This document shows, in pieces, positions 58,301-64,000 of a stretch of DNA of 64,000 bases (positions are counted from its first letter, which is position 1; each line of letters opens with the position of its first letter). A program made the position numbers and the translations under genes. Source of the DNA: Histomonas meleagridis 2922-C6/04-290x (taxonomy: Eukaryota; Protista; Parabasalia). Under the pieces are notes generated by a model. That model searched no databases. It had not been told where the DNA came from and saw only the letters and a list, made by a program, of their open reading frames with translations. The DNA lies in contig JAANOX010000246.1 in assembly GCA_020184695.1 (NCBI GenBank), forward strand, positions 134,597 through 198,596, in the 5' to 3' direction.

Positions 58301-59998
58301 TTAAAGTTTACATTACCTCAAGGTTCAATGGTAATGATATCTACTACACCCGGATTTGAGAATTCCAAATTTTTAATGAATGATGAAATATCTAAATCAT
58401 TTACATTAACTTCACGTGATAGTTATATATCAATTGTCGGATTTAAAGATCCATGGAAATATGTAAAAGTTAATTTCTTAGGATTACAATCACGTTTATC
58501 ATTACCACCTATTTCTATTGATATTAATGAAATTCATGATCAATTTATTAATGACATGAAAGAATTTGCTATTAAATGGCAACCTCAACATACAGAAGAA
58601 TTATTAATGATCTTACCTAAATATTCATTAATTGAACCATGTTTCTTATCAGCAGAATCAGTAGCAAAGAATTCATTATTAACACAACAATTTTCTCCAA
58701 TAGTTATAGTATTACGTACATTATTTTTACAACATTTTAATTATATTCGAGAAAGACATATCAAAGAAATACCAATTTATTTGTTATTTAATTTAATATC
58801 ATTTGTATCTTGTGAAGATGCAATAAATGAAGTCTTTAAGAAAATCATTTGTGGTAATCCTAAAGATTTCCCTACAGTTAAAATCCGTCGACAAGCAGCA
58901 CAAAGATTAGTATTAGAAGGTAAAGGTAATCCAAGTAATAGTATCATCTTCCAATTAACTAAAGAATTATCGAAAGTCGATAATAACTTATTACAATGTC
59001 AATGGAGGCCTTGGAAAGTGAAATTCGATGGAGAAAAAGCTATAGATGCAGGAGGACCAACACGTGAATTAATGACCGAAGCATCTAATTCTATATTTAA
59101 TCCAACAACGAAATTATTTATAATATCACCGAATGGCCGACGTAAGAATGGTGAAAATCAAGATTATTATATCCCTTATTGTACTAATGAAGAATATTTA
59201 ATACATTATGAAACGATTGGTATCTTAATTGGTATAATATTACGTTGTGGTTTAGCACAAGATTTACCTTTTGCACCATTCATATGGAAATATTTAGTAA
59301 GACAAAAGATAATTGAATCAGATATATTATGTTTAGATAATGTCTTAAAAGATCAAATATTTGATATTCGAAATCAAATCCAAAATGATAACTTTAAAGA
59401 AAATGAACTTCAATGGAAATGTGAAGATTGGAATGGTAAAATAATAATATTACCAGGACATAACTCAACACAATATGTAAAGAAGAATGAAGCAATACAA
59501 TATATTGAAGAAATGATATCATTCCGAATATCTTCATTCACACCAATGTTAAAACGAATGAGAAAAGCTTTCAACAAAAACGTCGGATTTAAGAGTCATC
59601 CATTATTAACACCTTCATTGTTGTCAAGAATGGCACAAGGAACAAGTATCGTGACAACAAAACATTTAAGTTCTATAACAGTAATCACTGATTATAATGA
59701 CTTCCAAGACCCAGTGATTGTTCGATTTTGGAACGCAGTCGATAGATTAACAAATGATGAAAGGAAATTGTTGTTAAAGTTCATTACAACTTCAACAAGA
59801 TTACCAAACACGTCATTAAGGCCAAACTTTAAGATACAAATAGATAGGCTAAACACAAAAGGGAACCCGGACCAACTGTTGCCAACTGCAAGCACGTGCT
59901 TCAATAAGTTACACTTGCCAAGTTACTCTAGCGAGGAAATTTGTTACCAAAAATTGTTGTACGCAATTAAGAACTGTCAGACAATGGATAATAGATAA
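52370..59998 (+). CDS. Large HECT-domain E3 ubiquitin ligase, 2542 aa
   Basis: C-terminal HECT domain: KFDGEKAIDAGGPTRE, FWNAV..LLKFITTS..LPTASTCFNKLHLPSY with the catalytic Cys. Confidence 0.95.
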   Translation: MGGVATSPIPNNSSKSKLIVDGNIIGFANPRYRQEEFLARFYKQTNSEEPKKIHSPKQLCDLLLGCYEQLDRIEDILEAIITNNQKEVSPKIIDLDELFGFVGTPVRVRNNFFLHLGTLDPQIITPVVEYNKSSQPAFQDILSTFSFYKNSLNSKAKIPTQISNLFKFFHDSSPYSCLPPPNESYQIDTEGGTVSFTDNVVYTHGISSNGQFLFVLCGSGILEIFPLFNMGTLIPPIQRKLQHEFDETASLISNSKSVVTFWKGLSHQYQIVDLINKIDNPIVQNFNPNTLLTVNSSVSNVLIEKDYHYTVYHGEVTRKGKFTTGKNPLNPAFKTLFPKVDYSTIPVITNGQLISFLHQIDNKHYVYRVFSLVTGEHITDELLVLENPIYAICCDIFNMCYWAIMRNKDGHMSVKKYFFNGSLDFNLFDFIPNSNNKENNTKFKTFLYDFNQIILHYIGSHIISNMFSTNNMNIVIELLETSKEMIKKDRNNRLLIQSFIFLIDLNLKQIKVDDKIRDLCLEIYNLIPSNYGAFLFFNNLGTFMYNNTNQSIEILINFFIHCKDQKILLYALNKLETSLFISNISINEKNKFSELFDNNSYSQELTKLPQLQSLLFIHQRVLVTSATHYLKEDNYNEFVESEDINNPLTKLINYSEFILKKFNEILMKYDKDKINIENSFLLYLLQNNLFLLSSLLNYHIIAFSFTKLFYDLLLKINKYLHYKLINLEDNSKISILVQQFLFIYAKNASTLLQGSKLTNFEKDFSKLICSNLNNQVDLTDTDINCFSKKLNLFLTSKGDKFIMSNIYKKFKPFMHKNLNDDLKFLDRLSLASLSKHLGIWNEIVNCSTPIKELSPKLKQALDQMMRIRNQYRNQKQTNTESNIISKCHMLIRLESDGTLTAKQLGDFICSKESVLEIISLIQQQIIRTKSTLIAFSLIDKVLAIGKTQMYIDIFSYALSKIENFESLNIVLEITNTSTSPELSSLFNRLLNIVLKTPESKISIVIYRIFRDIKSLTGVKFAFLNQILTEFSQNKTLFALSISLIKSIQTFPIGLVNIKPSPMGYLLLSIAFSIIPCTHEFFNEFQKIFWKSKSNLSRILCRVMYSLLNSPNLEKEIIQNEFEKIINKIGKDYNKFEDLTIANEMIYLLRKFLIEKSNSSQILLNTLKSINENSDELMQIGLFTILGGNFENIRPFCNVKCQTNNFFTQEFIAVPTKDPKQLLCFNRPFNLNDSPQFVDIDLNKRVYATSILILEQDSFNDFDFILSFFDSVFNDVSSIKSSLYIKLLSHFLKFKSFVDKFTNEMILKLSKNPLPFNSIPYTLLRTNLIQKYIEVPLFGIFNQLYYKNIDIISYISPEIKRNINFEVTININSKSSIYFGIINNCLEAIDTRYMLLNYPSGYLFPINQKRIKFQSLNQINFIVNTQNNVFIYNNQQFNFPLGETFRIIISTNRSTQIEINVNENNFNINSSPQINSIGVNCSNNIMPLYNLSNELSNIIYEMNPEKLKNSNIPDLTNLIEPISIEEKISNNFIKPVNYMSIHPNFSTHVSKNIINDQLKGLFKMLSLQFSTICLMRISIYKPELIQNPTKLFTLLTIPLEQFSTTLFTKNKFPFNLKKPSWENPIVLYMSLETEVKEAIKSLLKIPNNIDIICKDLYSICECKSMHLINYPNIYHKFYPFNHYSKDSLQVTKKYSIVSFNNFNNVKKNCITIEGVPNNLPNIIYQGPLNIEIIENNQNNMDISMYSITPDDNTFCFNTAFEAILILKNLLYTNLTEKNLILLKSSLYDLYLSQSFLVISYFNEFFDLLELRCNSFPIYDENNLRNYLIKLNTFGIKSKNLNNERALYYYNYEYNSILDQFPIKICKFFPEFLVTKTSPPTTNICEIPFVSLDPGTFKDKFLEKVQNLQYLVRTYDSLEGFPFWKVLPYWFRLKNIWEGKNIDNDKDYIDPYVDHINKNNILHIINPSMKPFEAILKFPLKFTLPQGSMVMISTTPGFENSKFLMNDEISKSFTLTSRDSYISIVGFKDPWKYVKVNFLGLQSRLSLPPISIDINEIHDQFINDMKEFAIKWQPQHTEELLMILPKYSLIEPCFLSAESVAKNSLLTQQFSPIVIVLRTLFLQHFNYIRERHIKEIPIYLLFNLISFVSCEDAINEVFKKIICGNPKDFPTVKIRRQAAQRLVLEGKGNPSNSIIFQLTKELSKVDNNLLQCQWRPWKVKFDGEKAIDAGGPTRELMTEASNSIFNPTTKLFIISPNGRRKNGENQDYYIPYCTNEEYLIHYETIGILIGIILRCGLAQDLPFAPFIWKYLVRQKIIESDILCLDNVLKDQIFDIRNQIQNDNFKENELQWKCEDWNGKIIILPGHNSTQYVKKNEAIQYIEEMISFRISSFTPMLKRMRKAFNKNVGFKSHPLLTPSLLSRMAQGTSIVTTKHLSSITVITDYNDFQDPVIVRFWNAVDRLTNDERKLLLKFITTSTRLPNTSLRPNFKIQIDRLNTKGNPDQLLPTASTCFNKLHLPSYSSEEICYQKLLYAIKNCQTMDNR

Positions 59999-60911
59999 AT
60001 TGTTTTATTGAATAAACATTAAACATACGAAATGTGAATTAATTCGCTTCTGAAATTGGAAATTTCATCGAATGTTTTTTGCGGAAATGGAGCAGAAAGT
60101 GGCACTGGATTCGGTTGAGGAGGAATTAGATGTCGTTTGGATTTGTATAATTTTTTAAAATGGATCTTTTTTATAATGTTTAAAATCTAATGGTTTAAAA
60201 TCTGTTCCGAAGAGATGGATTTTGTTCCATTGAAGACGCCACTGGGAAAAAACTTTACTGAATCATCATTATTTCTAGATTCACTCCTCATAAGATCTTT
60301 TCTTTTGCAAACACCAATGCACGTTATGAACTTTCTGAGTTAGAAGAACTTGATGTTCAACAAATTTGGATGAAATGTGGTCAATCAGCACCAACAGATC
60401 AGCACATTAGGAACTCACTTAATAAGCTCCAATCTGATAGTGATAGTGATGTAATCCACTGTACGGTAGTTCGAGTTCCTATCCTCTAACATGTCAATTG
60501 ACATAATGCAAACAACAAGGACAAGAAAATCGACCGTTAATAACGGTAAAAGTGACATTTTGGTGTTTAAAAATGCCGCTTTTCCATAAGATGTGATAGG
60601 ATAGAATTCAGTAGAAAAATGATTTAAACCAATTATATCTATATCTAATGGAAAACTAATTCCTGTCTTGTTATTTGGGTGTATAAAAGATCCTACAAAT
60701 GACAACACATAGTTAAATTTGTGAAATTGAATTGTAAAAGTTGTTTGATTCTGAATAAATAACATGAATTTCCCAACCTAATAAATATGATGAAGAAAAA
60801 TGCATTGCAAAACCAATTGATAGAAAGAAAAAAACTATTGTTTATTGAAAGAATTTTCTCTGTAAAATAATAAACGGGTTACATATTCGTACGTTAAAAA
60901 CGGTTATTCAT

Positions 60912-61499
60912 ATGCTTCAGGCGCCACTTCAAAAAGGGGACGAATTACCTTTAGCACCAACTAGAGTACGTCAAAAGATAAACAGGTGCGTCAAAAACGT
61001 GAAGTGGTCAAGGGAAGAAGACGATCTACTCACGAAATTGATGTCAAGCAATGAACATCAAAATTATTCAAAGCTAGCAGAATTCTTCCCTGGTAAGACA
61101 GGCCAACAAGTTGCTGAACGATGGGATAAAGTTTTAAACCCAAAGCTCGTGAAAGGAAGTTGGACTCGTCAAGAAGATGAAATTATAATACAATATGTTA
61201 AAGAACATGGCGTCAAAAATTGGAGAAACCTGTGCAACCTCTTACCAGGTCGCATTGGGAAGCAATGTAGAGAAAGATGGAGAAAATCATCTTGATCCAC
61301 AATAAGAAGAAGACAACAAAATAATTGAATGATAGTGAACTTGATCTCCAGCCCGTTTTCAATTGGAACAAATGGTCCTTCATCAATTCCTCAGTTCTCA
61401 AATCTTAGGCGTCATATGCCTGAAACAGCAAAGTCTCTTTCTCTTGAAGAGAATCGAATTGCGTTGCTGAGCTTGATAAAAACTGACACAAAAAACTAA
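60912..61499 (+). pseudogene. Myb transcription factor with two complete repeats and a broken third repeat
   Basis: WSREEDDLL..GKTGQQVAERWDKVLNP, KGSWTRQEDEII..LPGRIGKQCRERWR. An extra A breaks (N)HLDP and only EEDNKIIE of the next repeat remains. The C-terminus SLEENRIALLSLIKTDTKN ends at TAA 61497-61499. Confidence 0.8.
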
Positions 61500-61578
61500 A
61501 CGTACATTGAAGTAACCGTCATTTTTCTATAGTTTATTTCGATTCACATAAGCTGTTAATTTTTTCACTAATTTCAAT

Positions 61579-62281
61579 ATGGTGAAGATCCAAGTTAAAG
61601 TCATAGGAAAAAATAATATTTACGAACTTGAAATTCCAACAGACATACCTATATCACAAGTGAAATCTATTATACAAGAAAAATGTGGTTTAACAAATAA
61701 TTCAATCAGATTGATTTTCCAAGGCTCTGCTTTAAAAGACGAAGACCCTTTAGCAAAATACAATGTTAAAGATGGCCAAAAAATATCAGTTGTTCCTCGT
61801 AATTTCTAATGTAAGAGAAGATCCTCCACCACCACAAATAATACCAGAAGTTCCTAATACCACACAACCACAATCTCAATCTCAAACAATTTTTTTGAAC
61901 GGTTTCCGTAAAGATTTAATCAACACAGGTAAATCATTAAATAAAATCTCAGCAGTAACTTCCAAACTTCAAATTGCTCTTAATGATAGTTCAGATGTTG
62001 TTAATGCAAGCAAAGAATTTGAGCAGGTTCACAATTCAATGATTTCACAAATTTCAACATTTCTTAATTCTCTTCAAGGCAAGAAATTTGTTTTGAATGG
62101 AAGCGCATTCGAGATCGAAGATACCAACAAGAGAAAACCTGTCGTTGGAGATATTCTTACAAAGGAAGAAAAGGAAGAGATAATCCAACAATCAGCAGGA
62201 CTTGAAAGCTACATCAACTCCAACTACTCCATGAATCGTTTCCTCACGAGCTCCCTTTCGAAGGCTCTTGACGCAAATTAA
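61579..62281 (+). CDS. N-terminal ubiquitin-like domain protein, frameshifted near 61803
   Basis: ORF 61579-61809 is a UBL (IRLIFQGSALKDEDPLAKYNVKDGQKI). Removing one T in aatttctaat joins it to ORF 61763-62281. Confidence 0.7.
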
Positions 62282-63179
62282 GTTCATCAAGTGTAATAAA
62301 AAGTTCATTTCTTTAAAATATATAAATTTTTGTGATATGTGTATTTAATTATAAAATACCCAGCAGTGTTATATATGTATTTATTTAATTGTTGGAAAGT
62401 TTAAACAAATTTAATGAGAATAATATTTTCATTGATATTCAAATATATGCTACTCACATGAAATAATTTTAATTTACCTTGACAAAAAATTAAAATGTTA
62501 TAATGAGAAAAATCAATAAATGTATTTATTTTATTAATAACCTTACTTTCGTGTCAAGTCAGAAATTTTCATTTTGCAACACATCGAATATAATACTATA
62601 AATTTTATGAAATATTATTCGATATTCATAATAAAAAAGGCTAGAGTCTAGCCGCTAGACAAAATGTTTTTCAAGTCTTTTTTTGAAAATTATTCCTTTA
62701 TTTCAAAACGAAATTTTAATCATTATATTGGGGTTTGTACTTTTGTTAATTTTTCGAATTGTTCAGTATGCCTTGAGAAAATCCATAATTAATTTTTTGC
62801 TTATTTGTAAACCGAGTGGACCGTTAAAAATTATGTTGAAAAAGTGTTTTTATTTCAATACTTTATGTGGATACGATTAAAATATACTGATTTTCGAAAA
62901 TAAAAGCAAGAAATACCTTTTTCAAAAATTAATTTATATACTAATATATGCTATTAAAATTATAACTATTTATGCATATTATAATTTATTAAAATAAATA
63001 GAAATGATAAGAGACAGAATCAAAGTCATGTTCGCTTTCAAAATTAAGTTCTTAGGTTTGATTTTATGAATAAAAGTCTAGTCTGAACAGGATGCTCCAG
63101 TAGAATGATCGTAGAATTGAACTAATTCATGATGTCCTTTTCGTATGGCATTTTCAAGTAAATCACTAAATATTTTGAT

Positions 63180-64000
63180 TGATCATAAAACATTATTTGG
63201 AAACTAAAATTCATTAAACTAAACAGAAATATTACAAACATTAAGAATTCCTTCTTTTTCAAGAAAGAAATTTAATTATTTTTGAATGAACTTTTTGAGT
63301 TGCTCTCTCATGAGTTGCCGTAAAAATTATTATTTTAAACAAATTCCAAACATTATTTTGAAATAGAAAATAATTAAAATAAATATTATATGAAACAATT
63401 AAATTTCCTTAATATTAATATCAATTCCTTCTTGTTCAAGAAGCAATTTAACAATTTCTCGAAAACCATTTGCAGATGCATGTATAAGAGTGCTCACGTT
63501 TCAAATATTTTTAATAATAATTTCCAAATATTATATTCAAATATTAAATTATTAGAATAGACGTCATGTGAAACAAATAAATATTTTTAGCATTATTTGC
63601 AATACGATTTTGTTCCAGAAGTAATTTAACTATTTCTGTATGACCATTTTGAGATGCAGACATAAGTGCTGTATTATGTAATTTAATTAATTTCCAAATA
63701 TAATTATGAAACATAAAATTATTAAAATAAATACATTGATTTTGTTCACATAAATGAATTATTTCTTCATTTCCACCTGCAACTGCGCATCTACCTGTAT
63801 ATTCTACATTTGCACCATTCATAGAAGTAAATATTTAAAACATTTTACTGCAGATGCTGCATAATCAATTAATGTAACATAATAAAGTTGACCATCAATA
63901 AATATAGACATCTTTCATAAAGTGATGATTCAATAGAATTGATAAAAATCAAAATTTGTTTGTGATGATATTTCTTGGAGTTTTCTTTTATCATTTCGAA
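63180..64000 (-). pseudogene. Degenerate DUF3447/ankyrin paralog with the same spacer-interrupted repeats; runs off the window end
   Basis: LIDYAA..VKCFKY..NGANVEYTGRCAVAGGNEEIIHLCEQNQ is joined directly to a spacer and about three ANK modules, with stops and indels. Confidence 0.75.

Noticed and set aside
60030-60765. Gene between the HECT and Myb genes (track ORF 60415-60765)
   Set aside because: Plausible-looking peptide stretches occur on both strands in several frames with no recognisable domain, so strand and boundaries cannot be supported.
606-62880. Numerous 60-145 aa ORFs overlapping larger genes or lying in AT-rich gaps
   Set aside because: These are antisense or alternate-frame shadows, often with TTG/GTG starts, biased composition and no domains.

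Overview
AT-rich, gene-dense eukaryotic DNA with single-exon genes. It is most consistent with a parabasalid (Trichomonas/Tritrichomonas-like), based on DUF3447-type ankyrin genes, a BspA-like LRR protein, a Myb factor, a pogo-like transposase fragment and AAC(C/G)GTT Myb-type (M3-like) promoter elements just upstream of many starts. About 28 genes or pseudogenes are recognisable, including Rpp40-like, LST8, PHD, Fip1, kelch, ARM, a bacterial-type GNAT, CASC1/DNAI7, CK1/TTBK kinase, IDI, EF-hand, talin-like I/LWEQ, HEAT, Rac, BspA, Scc3/SA, TPR, divergent Rab, HECT E3, Myb and UBL. Several short genes carry frameshifts while the longest ORFs are intact. The stand-out structure is at 14095-19942 (minus strand). 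An ankyrin gene there continues as about 28-29 ankyrin modules, each separated from the next at the same codon position by an AT-rich, stop-containing spacer that usually gives a 170-nt period. The period breaks the frame, I found no frame-restoring GT-AG pair in the spacer I tested, and a TTTGG motif sits at a fixed position in most spacers read. The same design recurs in a degenerate paralog at about 63.2-64.0 kb. This suggests an unexplained RNA- or DNA-level processing mechanism, or an unusually constrained pseudogene array. No rRNA, tRNA or CRISPR array was seen.
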